From positions 20,274,001-20,338,000 of the forward strand of contig OY740794.1 in assembly GCA_963514005.1 (NCBI GenBank): a DNA stretch of 64,000 nucleotides. The letters are read 5' to 3'. How positions within the stretch are numbered: the first letter of the stretch is position 1; each line of letters opens with the position of its first letter. Under the pieces are notes generated by a model. The model saw nothing but the letters and a program-made list of their open reading frames with translations, searched no databases and was not told where the DNA came from. Below are positions 36,808-50,909 of the stretch, in pieces. The position numbers and the translations under genes were made by a program. The DNA is from Raja brachyura (Eukaryota).

Positions 36808-38164
36808 TTTGCTTTAGACTCAAAGGCGTTCTTTAACTTAACCTAATTTACAAATTAATTATGAAAATGCACAATGCTTTGAACAGCATTTTGGATCAAC
36901 CATTATGTGAATTTTATCTGCTTTTGAAAACTAGTGTAGTTGACACCAGACAGCAGCCCAAGCTGGAGATGTTAAGTATTCTTTAAAACAATGCAACATG
37001 TATTGAAACCAGGTACTGGACTGCACTGCAGGAAATCTAAAGATGCTTCATTCTATCATTAGACCCAGCAAAATACTCTGCATTAATAAAGCCACTCGTG
37101 CGTGCATATAAATGGTTAATTAACTAGGGAAGCAACACAAATAATTCATTTCTGTTATTTCCCTATCAAAGCTTTCATTTTAGCAATTGGCAGGCAGTGT
37201 GCTAGTGGCAAAAATGATGCTGTAATGGAAAGGTTTTTAATATTCTACAGTTCAGAATAGAGGGGGTTGTTGAACTGTAGCAATACCAAGTATTCCAAGC
37301 CGACATCAAAGGAAAGAATCAGCTGAAATGACAGCAGCAGCTGCAGCATCTGCCTTTAAATTAGGCTGTGACTCAAAGACCGGACTCAGCTGCTAAGCTC
37401 CATGAAGACCCAGGAGGAAGGCAATGCGAGAAAAGAGTTTGCTTTCCACCATCGCACATCAAAGTAGATGCCGAAGATATGGAGCAGTAAACACACACAC
37501 AGCAAGTGCCCACGTGCTGTCTAATTGTATAAAAGGCGTGAAACGTATTTAAAATAAATCTTTGCATTATGTCTAATTTTCGAGAGCTGCTTGTATGCGA
37601 GCAAGCAACACAAATGTATGGTCTGATAAGAGCTTTGCTTTGTAATGGAGCTGAGTTCAGCTTCAAAAGATGTGTTTTGAAGTCATCAAAGATCTCAAAA
37701 CCTACCAATCCTTCAAGACTGTTGCGAAAGGCAAAGCTCCACAACTACAGTTAATCCTAGTAATTGAACAAAACACGCAAAATATAAATTTGTGGTGACA
37801 TTGAGAATTGGAGATTTAAAAAAAAAGGTTTTATTACAGATCTGGGTAATATTCAGCTTCCATTCTATCCAACGAAAGATCTACAGCTGTGCCATCTGAA
37901 TCTTTTAATAATTGAATATTCTATTAATAATTGAAATAGTTGAATATTAAACCACTGCAATAATGATACAATTTCATGGTTAAAGCATCCTACTCACCCA
38001 GAAAAGCCCAACTAGTCTGACATCCGTTAACACTAAAAACTCTGCAAGTTTCATGGTAATGTATTTGGATGTTTTCCCACGTCCTATGTTAGATATTTTA
38101 CATTCCCATCCTCAAAGTTAGCTCACGCAGTTAATAAATTTAGAGGGAAATCCTTTTAAAACAC

Positions 38165-38452
38165 TTTACTTTAGACTTTAGAGATACAGCATTAAAACAG
38201 GCCCTATGGATCACCAAGTTTGCGCCAACCAGCGATCACCTGTGCACTAGCACTATCTTACACACTAGGGACAATATACAAAAGCCAATTAACCTACAAA
38301 CCTGCATGTCTTTGGAATGTGGGGGGAAACCAGAACACCCGGAGAAAAACCACACGGTCACAGGGAGAACGTATAAACTTTGTACCGTACAGACAGCACC
38401 CCTGCTCAGGATTGAACTCGGGTACCTGGCGCTGTGAGGCAGCAGCTCTACC
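38165..38452 (-). mobile_element. HE1-type SINE
   Basis: Reverse-complement HE1 pattern. Confidence 0.85.
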
Positions 38453-38547
38453 ATAGCCGGTAGTAAAAGGGTAAGCAGGGTCCTATTGTAATAACTTTAT
38501 TACAGTAATGAAGTGTAGGAGGCGATTTGTTTTCTAAATGGTTACTA

Positions 38548-41262
38548 CAGTGCCCTCCATAATGTTTGGGCCAAAGACTCATCATTTATTTATTTGCCTC
38601 TGTACTCCACAATTTGAAATTTGTAATAGAAAAAATCACACTTGGTTAAAGTGCACATTGTCAGATTTTAATAAATGCCATTTTTATACATTTTGGTTTC
38701 ACCATATAGAAATTACAACAGTGTTTATACATGGTCCCCCATTTCAGGGCACCATAATGTTTGGGACACAGCAAATGTCATGTAAATGAATGTAGTCATG
38801 TTTCGTATTTTGTTGCATATCATTTGCATGCAATGACTGCTTGAATTCATGGACATCACCAGTTGCTAGATGTCTTCTCTGGTGAAGCTCTGCCAGGCCT
38901 GTATTGCAGCCATCTTTAGTTTATGCTTGTTTTGGGGGCTAGTCCCCTTCAGTTTTCTCTTCAGCATATAAAAGGCATGCTCAATTGGGTTCAGATCGGG
39001 TGATTGACTTGGCCACTCAAGAATTTACTATTTTTTAGCTTTGAAAAACTCCTTTGTTGCTTTAGGAGTATGTTTGGGATCATTGTCATGCTGTAGAACC
39101 GCTGGCCAATGCGTTTTGAGGCATTTGTTTGAACTTGAGCAGATTGGATGTGTCCATACACTTCAGAATTCATTATGCTACCACCATCAGCAGTTGTATC
39201 ATTAATGAAGATAAGCGAGCCAGTTCCATCAGCAGCTATACATGCCCAGGCCATAACACCCCCACCACCGTGTTTCACAGATGAGGTGGTATGCTTTGGA
39301 TCTTGGGCAGTTCCTTCTCTCCTCCATACTTTGCTCTTGCCATCACTCCGATATAAGTTTATCTTAATCTCATCTGTCCACAAGATCTTTTATTAGAACT
39401 GTGGTTACTCTTTTAAGTATTTCTTAGCAAACTGTAAGCTGTCCATCCTATTTTTGTGACTAACCAATGGTCTGCATCTTGCAGTGTAGCCTCTGTATTT
39501 CTGTTCATGAAGTCTTCTGCGGATAGTGGTCATTGACAAATCCAAACCTGGCTCCTGAAGAGTGTTTCTGATCTGTTGGACAGGTGTTTGGGTTTTTTTC
39601 TTTATTATGGAGAGAATTCCGTGGAGCTGTGGAGGTCTTCCTTGGCCTGCCAGTCCCTTCGCGATTAGTAAGCTCACCAGTGCTCTCTTTCTTCTTAATG
39701 ATATTCCAAACAGTTGATTTTGGTAAGCCTAAGGATTGGCTGATGTCTCTAACAGTTTTATTCTTGTTTCTCTTTTTTTTTTGAAATATCTTTATTTATT
39801 AGAGGTACCATAAGTTACATCAGTATACATCCCTTATATTGTATTACAGTCATTGTACCCCTTCAATTTTTTTTTATGGCTTTAGAAAAGAGAGAAAAGA
39901 GAGAGAAATACCAGCAAAGAAAGTAGAAAAGTGAAAAAGAGATGTGAAAGTGCAAAAGCGTGACAGAGGGAAAGGAAACCCTTGAAGAGTTAGAGACCGG
40001 AGATTAAGAGATAGACCCTGGAGAGGAAAAATAAAAAGAAAAAGGGAAAGATAAAGAAAGAAGAAAAGCCAGTTACTTTATTATAAACATCTCGCAAAAG
40101 GAATCTACCAACTCGACAGTTTTTCTTCCCCCTTTACCAAGACCCGAAACCAGTACTTTTTTGTGGTATTCTTGCAACTTATCCTTGTGATAGATTTATA
40201 ATTGCACACCACATCTTATAGAAACAGTCTGATTTTCCTGCTAGTCGGAGTCTCATATTTTCCAAGTGTAGTGTTTCGAACATAGTTGAAATCCACATAT
40301 TAACTGTTGGTATAGGAGAATTGTTCCAGAATTTTAAGATTCACTTTTTTCCAGCTATTAAGCCATATTCAAAAAGAGTCTTTTGAAACACATTTAATTC
40401 TGGGCTATCTTCCGATAACCCGAAGGTAATCCAGTCTGCTTTTGGAGTCAGTTTTATTTTAAATATTTTTGTGAAAATTTCAAAAATTTCAGTCCAAAAT
40501 GTTTGAATTTTTGTACAAAAGACAAATGTGTGCTTTATTAGCTTCTTGACATTGGCATTTATCACATATAGGTGAGACGTTGGGAAAAAGTTTACTTATT
40601 TTAGTTTTTGAATAGTATAATCTGTGTTAGATTTTAAATTGTATTAAGGTGTGTATTACATTAATTGAACATTTATGCACATTTAGTAAATATTCTTCCC
40701 ACCTTTCTTTGGGAATTTTTATACTTAATTATTTTTCCCAGTCTTTCCTGATACCATCTGTTGTTGGTATTTCTGCATTTAGAATAATATTATATATATA
40801 TGATATTAGGTTTGTTGATTCTGCTTTTGTATTCATTACTTCTTCCAGTAAGTCTGGAGTTATTCTTGTTTCTCAGTCGCATAATGGCTTATTTGACTTT
40901 AATTGGCATAACTTTGGTCCTCATGTTGATAAACAGCAATAAAAGTTTCCAAAAATGATGGAAAGACTGAGAGCTCTCTTATGCCTGCATTAAGGAGACA
41001 ATTATTACACACCTGAGCAAATACAAACACCTGTGAAGCCACTTGTCCCAAACATTACGGTGCCTGAAATGGGGGGACTATGTATAAACACTGCTGTAAT
41101 TTCTACATGGTGAAACCAAAATGTATAAAAATGGCATTTATTAAAATCTGACTGTGCACTTTAACCCCATGTGATTTTTTCTATTACAAATCTCAAATTG
41201 TGGAGTACAGAGGCAAATAAATAAATGATGGGTCTTTGTCCCAAACATTATGGAGGGCACTG
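38548..41262 (-). mobile_element. Tc1-family IR/DR transposon with a defective transposase
   Basis: TA TSD; ~220-bp TIRs starting CAGTGCCCTCCATAATGTTTGGG with an inner direct repeat. The transposase starts at ATG 40924 (MRTK...SLGLPKSTVWNII...GRPRKT, WTDE, KHGGGGVMAW, SPDLNPIE) and has stops and frameshifts. Confidence 0.95.
39773..40859 (-). mobile_element. 5'-truncated L1 LINE inserted in the Tc1 transposase
   Basis: Poly(T) at 39773 and a 15-bp TSD ttattcttgtttctc (39758-39772 and 40860-40874). L1 ORF2 C-terminus (IQFKI..., FVFCTKIQTFWTEIF) with a CCHC-like region. Confidence 0.9.
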
Positions 41263-43809
41263 TATGTTGCACTGCATTATACCATGAAGTTTCCACAATT
41301 ATTTCCTGTCTATTATGTTGACTAATTGTTTTTTTTTAATTAAAATTATTGTTTGGGTTGTAGGCAGAGCTGAAATTACCAACATTTGTAAGCTAATATT
41401 TAAGCAAATAGAAGGGTCTGAAAAAGGGTGCTGACCCCAAACATAATTTCTCCATGTTCACCAGAGATGCTGCACTACCCATTAAGTTACTCCAGCAGTT
41501 TGTGTCCTTTTCTGTCAACCAGCAAGTGCAGTTGTTTGTTTTTATAATTCTAAGCAGATAGTGTTTGTTCAGGCAAGGTTTTAGTAGCTTGATCATGCTT
41601 TCTTGTGTATGTATATGCATTAGCCCATTTCTCTTGATTTTTTCTCTTCCAGGATAACTTATTTATATGTGGTGAATATTGACTGCGTCATCACTTTGAT
41701 TTGCCATAGGCGGCAGCTGAGCTCAACAGTACAAGAGACATGAAATAACTGTCACAATTAATGCATTCTGGGTTGATTGGTCCTTTCCAATGAATGAAAA
41801 TCTACACTTGTTTTACAATGGATGTTGCTAACTGAACAACTTGTCAGCTACTGTGACCTCTTCACATAAAGCATTTCCAGGGAGACTATTTAATGTCCTA
41901 CTAAAATGAAGACAACTGTGAAAATGAATATCTCAGTTATACTTCTTTAATGACAGCTCAAATTCAGCCCATTACTATGTTTAGGTTTAGATTTATTATT
42001 GTCATGTGTATCAAGATACACTGAAAAGCTTTGTTTTGCATGCTTTCCAAACAGATCAGATATACCATACATAAATGCAATCAAGGCAAACTCAAGTACA
42101 ATTGATAGAGCAAAGGTGAAGGTCCAGAGTGCAGAATATAATTCTTAGCAGAGTTCATTGCAGCACATCCATTCCATAGACAAGGGCCAATGTCTGAAAT
42201 GGTGTCTCAAAACATGACCAGGCCTCTCTTGAGCTCAGCATATATTTTTCTAAGATCTCTGTCATTTCCTTGAACATTCAAGATAAACCAATGCATTGAA
42301 AACCATTAAACTGTTCAATATAAAACAATAATTTCCAGCAAACCTCAGCTCTATGTTTGTCCTGTTGGTAAATGCGGTGCTGAATTCATTAACTTGGTAT
42401 TAGTACTACAATGCCCATTGCCATTTCCAGCTAGTTAATCAACAAAAAGAACAACTAGGTGGGATAAAAATAAAAATAAGTTTATAAAACACCAGCAGTC
42501 TCAAAGATTTGAAATCAACAAATACATTTAGAAGGTATCCCCTTATTACTAGTAAAAATGACGATAGTCAACAAGCTTTGGCTGCTTTTTATCTCTTTTG
42601 GACATACTTGCTTTATAGAACATCTTAATTTATGGAATTATAAGAGTTAGAGGTTTACATAACATGCAAATGGCCCTACGGCCCAACTTATCCATGCCAT
42701 CTAAAGTGTCTACCTGAGCTGATCCCATTTGCATGCTATTTGCCCGTATCACTCTAAACTTTGTAGTGTGGGAGTAAACTGGCGCACCCGGCGAAAACTC
42801 ACGTAGTGACAGGGAAAATGTACAAACTCCATACAGACAGATACTCTCATTGATCCATGTAAAGAAAGCATTTCACAACTGTCATTTGTGTGAGTGTCAT
42901 CGGAAAAGAGCAAACTAAATCATCCAATCTTACTTTAATCAATAATATTACCTAACAAATCTTAAGTGAAACACATTTCCCATTGTCAATTTGTAATAGG
43001 GTCATAGAATCATGCATCATGGAAACAGGACATTCGGCCCATCGTGTCCATGCTGACTAATGAACATCCATCAATACTAATCTCATCTTCCAGCACTTGC
43101 TTAGACAAGTTGAGTGCTCATCTAGATCTCCTCAGTCTTATCAATGATCCTGCTTCCTCCACACCCTGAGACAGTACATTATAGCTCCTTGCAGTGTCTA
43201 CCCCAGATCCTCTCTAAATCTCTTACCTTTTACTGGTGATTTTTATTTTAACCTCTGATATGGGGATATGTTTCCTGCAGTTTACCCTTTCTCTATTCCT
43301 CATAATCTTATATACTCGTGATTGACTTCTCTACTCCACGAAAAAACAGACTGAGCCTCTCCAGTCTCCTTATGATGGAAACACTCCATCCCAGACAAAG
43401 TCTTAATGAATCTCCTCTGTCTAATGATTGCACTGACACATAGCAAAAACAAAATATATATATACATAATAAAATTGCTAATCTAATTGGTGAGGCATAT
43501 GGTACACTTGCATTAATTTGTTGTGGCATTGAATGTAAGCGTCAGTAAGTCATGATGCAGATCTATAAGCCTGTGGTTAGACCGCATTTGGAGTATTGCA
43601 TGTAGTTCTGATCAACCCGTTACAGGAATGGTAGAGATGTGGTTTACCAGAATACTGCTTGGATTAGGGGGTATTCACCACATGGAGTGGTTGGACAAAT
43701 ATGGATGGTTTTCTCTGAAACACCTGAGGTTGAGGGAAGAGGCATAGCTAGGGTAGACAGTCATGGTAGAAATTGCAAAGAGGAGAGGGCATAATTTTAA
43801 GGTGAGAAT

Positions 43810-44315
43810 AGACAATAGACAATAGACAATAGATGCAGGAGTAGGCCATTTGGCACGTCGAGCCAGCACCGCCATTCAATGTGATCATGGCTGATCATCG
43901 CCAATCAGTACCCCGTTCCTGCCTTCTCCCCATATACTCTGACTCCACTCTCTTTAAGAGCCCTATCTAGCTCTCTCTTGAAAGCATCCAGAGAACCTGT
44001 CTCCACCGTCTGAGGCAGAGAATTCCACAGACTCACCACACTGTGAGAAAAAGTGTTTCCTCGTCTCAGTTCTAAATGGCCTACTCCTTATTCTCAAACT
44101 GTGCCCCCTGGTTCTGGACTCCCCGAAAATCGGAAACATGTTTCCTGCCTCTAGTGTGCCCAAGCCCTTCACAATCTTAAAATTATTTTCCTATAAATCT
44201 AAATCCTCGCTCCCTGCACCAGCCCCAAATCCACACATTCAGATCCCCCATCTCCCTGTTCCTGTCCTCAATAGCACATGGTACTGGAAGCAATCCAGAG
44301 ATAACCACCCTAGAA
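43810..44315 (-). mobile_element. CR1 3' end fused to a CR1 ORF1 (SGNH esterase) piece, nested in an older + strand CR1 (43460-44580)
   Basis: (gacaata)n tail; SRVVISGLLPVPCA...LNVWIWGWCRERGFRFIG. Confidence 0.75.
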
Positions 44316-45257
44316 TTCCGGCATTTCAGTCTTCTTCTGTGCGGGGCAAGTTTTTTTCCACACAGTATGGTTGGTGCCTGGAACATGTTAAAAAGGATGG
44401 TGGCAGAAGCACATCAGATAAAGGCACTTAAGAGCCTTTTATATAGGCACATGGGCATTCAGAAAATGGAGGGATATGTGCATGCAGGTAAGATTAGTTT
44501 ATCATGGCCTCATGTTTGGCTTGGACATCAGAGCTGGAGGGTCAATCCTGTGCTGTACTGTTCTATGCTCTATGTATTTTCCTATGATATTTAATGTATG
44601 GTTAGTGCAAAGGGATGGTTGGTGGTTGGTGTGGACATGGTGGGCCAAATGGCCTGTGTCTGTGCTGTATGTTTCTAAGGATCACAATGTAAACATAGTG
44701 CTACACTAATTTACATACAAACAGAAAATATTACGTTTCATTGTTAAAGATATATTATCAGTGGCAGAGCTGGTGGACTGGAAATGCAGAGCCCTGGACT
44801 GTTAATCTTGGACAAGAGTTCAAATCCCATGTGGAATTTACATCAAGTAATAAAGAAAATCTAGAAGCAGTGACAACTAAACCACTGGGTTGTCATAAAA
44901 CAAGCATCTGGTTCACCAATAACACTCAGAGAAATAAATCAAACACTCTTACTGGGTCTATCCTATATGTGCCCCCCAATGCGGCTGCCTCTTCTCTTTG
45001 AAATGCATCAGCCAGCTTTCTAATTCAGTGGCACGTAGGGATACCCATTGATTACAGGCCTCCTGGCAGCACCTAAATCCTCTTTAGATATTGGAGTGGC
45101 AAGGGCTTGAAGTATATGTGGCACTGATGTTCACATGAAATAGAAAGGATTAACTTCAGCACTGCCAACTGGAAACAAAATTGAGAAAACATTGTAAGTT
45201 GAAAATACCCTAGATTCCAGATTTAGTTACCAAAGAATTTGGTGTTTAGATCATGTT

Positions 45258-45800
45258 CATAAGATCATAAGTTCTAAGAGCAAAATTAGGCCATTTGGCC
45301 CATCAACTCTACTCCGCCATTGAATCATGGCTGATCTATCTTTCCCTCTCAACCCCATTCTCCTGCCTTGTCCCCATAACCCTTGACATCATTACTAACC
45401 AAGAATCTATCAATCTCCACATTAAACATTTCTATTGACTTAGGCTCCACAGCCATCTTTGGCAAGAAAATGGAGCCATCTTTGGCAATAATTTCATTGT
45501 CCTATCTGGGACACATGACAATAAACTCTCATGACTTGACTAGATTCAAAACCCTTTGTCTAAAGAAATTCCTTCTTATCTCCTTTTTTAGCATACGTCC
45601 TTTTTTTCAGAGGCTATGGCCTCTGGTCCTACACACTCCCACTACTGGAAACATCTTCTCCACTTTCACTCTATCCAGGCCTTTCATTGTTCGGTAAGTT
45701 TTGATGAGGTCCCCCCTTATCCTTCTAAACTCCAGCGAGTACAGACTCAGTGCCTTCAAATGCTTATCGTATGTGAACCCAATCATTCCTGGGAACATTC
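45258..45800 (-). mobile_element. CR1 3' fragment
   Basis: LSLYSLEFRRIRGDLIKTY...RTRGHSL. Confidence 0.8.
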
Positions 45801-46294
45801 CCATAAAATGATCAGTAGTATGGGAAAAGATTTAATAAAGGAATTCACTATCAAGGAAGATTTTGACAGCATAAAAAAATAGAAATCTTTAGAATTAAAT
45901 AGCTTGGAAATGAAAACATTTAATAATTTAACTGGGAAATAACTGAAACTACACTTCCCCTTTTGGCACCTTGAACATCCCTAATGGCTTGATTGTAATC
46001 ATGGTTTGTCATTCCACTAACTACACAACAAAAGCTTTTCACTGTACCTCAGTACAAGTGACAATAAACTAAACTCAAACTCAAACATGGTACTAAAAAA
46101 ATAGATATTGAACAAATTTGTTTTCAATTTGCGACAAGATTTGGTGATTATCTTAAAATGATCATCTATTCTTTTTAATATTCATTGTAGGAGTTATGTG
46201 TGCTGAAGTATAACCCACACCTATGAATACATGAATTTCATATAAAAAACGAATTGCACTGCACCTCGGCACCTGTGACAAATAAAGTACCATA

Positions 46295-46457
46295 NNNNNN
46301 NNNNNNNNNNNNNNNNNNNNNNNNNNNNNNNNNNNNNNNNNNNNNNNNNNNNNNNNNNNNNNNNNNNNNNNNNNNNNNNNNNNNNNNNNNNNNNNNNNNN
46401 NNNNNNNNNNNNNNNNNNNNNNNNNNNNNNNNNNNNNNNNNNNNNNNNNNNNNNNNN
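46295..46457. other. Assembly gap (163 N)
   Basis: Run of n. Confidence 0.99.
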
Positions 46458-47619
46458 CCTCGAAAACCAGATGCAAAAACATGGAGATTTTTACAATTTC
46501 GGTAGGGATTTAACATGAGTTCAGAAATCCACTTCTTGGTCAATTATTTCCCCAGATTTTGAACAAAATAGTTCAAAAAACTCAATTTTTAAAATATAAA
46601 CGCTGCTCACCAGCTGCTGACGTCACAATGCCCACGTCCACCAATCCAGGCCCACCTGCGTCCTGGCCCTGCCCTCCCGCCACTGTGATTAAATTCGCAG
46701 AAGGATCAAGAAAGTTCTGCAGAACAAAGATTCTACATCTGCGTTCCGCTATAGCGTCTTTGTTCTACAGATCTCGGGGCAACGACTCCTCACGCGCTAA
46801 ACATTCTCCTCACAGCCGGCACAGCTCGTGAAGCCCTGCCCATTTGTGCGTCCCTCCCATCCCCTGCGTGCTCATTCCAGCTGTGGGTTTTCAGAGAGTC
46901 AGAAGCCAGTGCTTCTTTGCTATGAACGCTCGCTCCAGGGCGAACGCATCTTGCCTTAGCGGCTTTAAAGGGCTGTTGTCAGCTGGCAGTTATCAATGGC
47001 TGCGGATGTCACAAGGCCGAGTTACGTCAACACCTCACCCGAACCCCCCCCCCGACGCGTGCTGGCATTCCTCCTCCCCTCCACCCCTCCCCTACCCCCT
47101 TCCCTCCACCCCATCCCCTCTCCACCCTCCCTCCTCCTCCCCCTCCATTCCCCCCCACCTCTCCCCCTCCCTTCACCCCCTCTCCCCCCTTCCCTTCCCC
47201 CTCTCAGCCCCCCTCTCTCCCTTTCTCTCCCCCTCTCTCCTCCCCTCTCTCTCTCCTCCCCCACCCTCCCCCCTCACCCACCTTCCCTCTCCTCCTCCCC
47301 TCCACCCCCTCTGTCTCTTGCTCTTATGTCTCTGCCACTTTCTCTCTATCTCTCCCCATTCTCTCTCTGCTCGCACTCTCTACCCCACCCTCTCTAGATG
47401 CACCTGCGAGTTGGGGGTTATGCGTCAGTGGATAGCGTGGTTATGGGGTAAAAGGAGCAAATTAATAATATTAATATAATATCAAGGGGAATAGCTAGCG
47501 TGTGTGATGAGAGGGTAGTTAGAGTGTGTGACGCCGAATGCTGCCCCCACCAACCAAACCACCCTCCCCCGCAACCACACATTGGGTGAACAGACCCAAC
47601 GGATCTGCACTTGGTCTAG
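46458..47619 (+). mobile_element. Non-autonomous Helitron, 5' end presumably in the gap
   Basis: 3' hairpin CAGACCC-AAC-GGATCTG then CACTTGGTCTAG|T, the same end as 35667-36807; shared tgacgtcacaatg motif and C-rich tract. Confidence 0.75.
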
Positions 47620-47629
47620 TATCATATCA

Positions 47630-48410
47630 TAATATGCTTGAGGGGCGGTCCTTTGTGGCAGTGGCTCCCTGCGGTCCGTCTGTCTTTTTTTCTTTCTTTT
47701 TGTCTTGTTGGGAATATGTTTTTTGCTGTGTGTATGGGGAGCAGGTGGGGGAAACTTTTTAATCTCTTCCCTGAACGGGGACGCGACCTTTTCCTTGTCG
47801 TGTCACCTTTGTCTTTGGGGCCTAACATCGTGGAGCTGGCGGCCTCCAACTGGAATGGACCTGAGGGCTCCAGTCGTAGAGCCTGCAGACTCACCATCGC
47901 GGAGCTGGCTGACTTCGGAGCTGTGGTGCCACTGCGGCTGTGTCCCGACTTCGGAGCTTCAGCCGCAGGCCCCGTGGATGGTAAATTTGGGAGCTCGCAG
48001 GTCCCTGTTGGGAGACCGATTTTTGGAGCTACCGCAACGGCAACTTTGCCCGCCCGAATCGGGGGGTTTGAATCGGCCCGATGCGGTCCTTACATTGCCT
48101 GGCGCGGCTTAAACGGTCCCGGGACTTGCCATAGCCCGCCGGGGGCTTTAACATCAGGAGCCCCAGTCGCCTCGAATTTGCAGTTTGGCTGCCTGACCAA
48201 AGGACAGGAAAGAGATAAGACCTTTGCCTTCCATCACAGCGAGGAGGTGTTTGGAGATTCACTGTGATGGGCGTTTATGCGGAATTGTGTTAATTGTGTG
48301 TTTTGGTCTTTTTTTTTGCTGTTCAAGAACAGAAAGAAACGAAAATTCATTAAAAACTTGCATGTTTGAATGACGATAAAGGGTAATTAAATTGAATTGA
48401 GTTGAATTGA
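47630..48410 (+). mobile_element. GC-rich non-autonomous retroposon (same family as 23711-24130)
   Basis: tttgccttccatcacagcgaggaggtg...tcactgtgatgg, then tgaatgacgataaagg and an (aattg)n tail. Confidence 0.65.
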
Positions 48411-48959
48411 ACATACCATACCATATACGCACTCAGTATTTTTCCTTTGAATCCAGCATTTCTTATAATTTACAAAATTGGTAAGTACCAACCACAGTGG
48501 ACTTCAGCTGCTTGAGACTGTTCATGTAGGGATCTGGAAACTATAACAGATAGAGATTTCAAAATGATGGGGTGCAGCAGATAGATTGTAGCCAAATAGC
48601 TCAGACAATTAATTTAACCAGATTAATTCTTGGACCAAAGAACAAAGTGCATGTCAGGCAGCATTAGTGGAGGGAATGGACAGACGATCTCTCGGATTCA
48701 GACTGAACAAGGGTCCCAACTTGAAGCATCGCCTGCCCACTTCATCCACGTGCTATTTGACCCATTGAGTTCCTCCATCACATTTGAGTTGTATTCACAA
48801 TTCCAGCATCTGGATTTCCTTGTGTCTCCAGATTAATTATTTGAGCAGGCAATGAGATATTCTCTTAATTAGATTGAATATTTGTTGTATTCTTGCAGCA
48901 AAAAAGCGCAGCCAAGCATACCTGCACAAGCTCATCTTCCTCCTTTATGTCAAGGGTGC

Positions 48960-50160
48960 AATGCAGTGGCTTTATAAGGTGTGCATCAGACCTCATTTGG
49001 AATATCTGAGGAAGGATGTGCTGATGTTTGAGAGGGTCCACAAGAAGCTTATAAGAATGACCCAGGGATGATTGGGTTAATGTATGAGAAGAGTAGAATT
49101 ACTCTGGACCTGTATTTACTAGGATGCGAGGTGATCTGACTGAAACTTACCGAATAATGAAAGGTCTAGACAGAGTGGATGTGGAGAAGATGCTTCCACT
49201 AGTGGGAGAGTCTAGGACCAGAGGGCACAGACTCAGAAAAAAAAGCACATACCTTTAAGTGGCTGTCCCATGCGGGCAACCTAATCCACGAGGTAAGAAG
49301 AGTGTCTTCGACCTTCAAGCTCAAGGGCACTCACCTGGAAAGCCTCGAGCTGGATCGACTGTTCGCGTTAAAAACCGCAAGCTGGATCGACCGACCACCC
49401 ACACAAACACATCGCATAGTTGGGGGCTAGGGAAAGCGGGGGAACGCTATTTGAAATTCACACCCACGATGAAGAGGAAGGTAAAACAGTATGGTAAGTC
49501 TTTTAGAGAGCGCATGGGGGGGAGGGGGGGGGGGAGTGGAGAGAAGTGGGTGGGGAAAAGGAATGGAGACACTTTTAAGAAGTATAATAAAGTTTAGCGG
49601 GCATTTTACCTACCGGTAGGTTTTCCTTGGTCCTGAAAACTCCAATGAGCCAATCAAAATACCCGGTCAGTGAAGGAGATTGCCAACGGCTGCCCTCGAC
49701 TGCCTGTAACTAAATAGCGACCGCACTCCACTGCATTACACAAAAGAACCATGCTGACCAAATTTTACTCACGGAAAATGTTTCAACATGCTGAGAGTTC
49801 CAGCGACCTCATAGGACCTCCTAGGACCACGTGTCGACCATGCTGTGAGTTTGAAGGTTGAAGGCACTGTTCTAAACTCGCAGATTAGGTCGCCCAAGTG
49901 GGACAGCCCCTTTAGAATAGATGTGAAGAGGAATTTCTTTAGTCGGCAGTGAATCTGTGGAATTTTTTGCCACAGACCGCAGTGGAGGTCAACTCATTGG
50001 GCAATTTAAAATTGGAGACAAGCAATTAGCAATGGTGTCAAAGATTACGGAACGAAGGCAGGAGAATAGTGTTGAGAGGGAAAAGTCGATCATCCATAAT
50101 CGAATGGCGGAGCAGACGTGATGGGCCAAATGACCACATTCTGCTCCTATTCTTACGATC
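48960..50160 (+). mobile_element. CR1 3' fragment split by a MITE
   Basis: IRPHLEY...; continues as tta gaatagatgtgaagaggaatttcttt after the MITE. Confidence 0.75.
49258..49911. mobile_element. PIF/Harbinger-type MITE (relative of 464-1195, opposite orientation)
   Basis: TIRs AGTGGCTGTCCCA / TGGGACAGCCCCT and TSD TTA. The internal ctccaatgagccaatcaaaat...cactccactg is the reverse complement of ~680-762. Confidence 0.85.
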
Positions 50161-50909
50161 TAGTGATTTTCCTATTATTGTGGGAAACATCTACAAAGAT
50201 GATGCAGCAATGTATGACAATGACACTACCGCATGATGAACTGATCACAATGGAATAAAAAGCTGTTATCAGGCAACTGAACCATCCTATTAAGAACAAG
50301 AGATTTCTGCACTACTATCTACCTCATTGGAAACCCTTGGACTATGTTTCATCGGACTTTACTGGCCGTTATCTGTGCTAAACATTATTCCCTTTCATCT
50401 TTATCTGTACACTGTGGATGGCCTAATTGTAATCATGTATAGTTTTTCCGCTGACAGGTTAGCATGCAACAAAAAGCTTTTCACTGTGCCTTGTATTTTG
50501 TGGCTAACTGTGTACTCAGAGTTTCTCTTCATATCTATCTATATTACTAAAAGTCTGATCTTGACCACTTTTGGCTCGCTGTGCTGTGATTTCCAAGAGA
50601 ACGCCGTCACCTATGGCTGTCATTTTTGGCCAGCTCGCACAAAGCCCCCCTCCGCCTCCCTGGACCAGAGGGTTTTTCCCATCGATGAAAAATCAGAGAG
50701 ATATTAATGTTTTTGACAAATTCCCCATTCTCTCTGCTGCCCCTGCGAGGGAGGGGGAGGGACTATAAAACCGGGAAGTGGTGTGCCTCACTCAGTCTCT
50801 GCAAGATGGAGGAACCAAAGGTTCAAGTCTCTCTGAGCTCTGAATAGCATTGAACACATGTCTACTCAACTGTGAGTGCCCTTAATGTGGTTTGTAAATG
50901 AAAATATGG

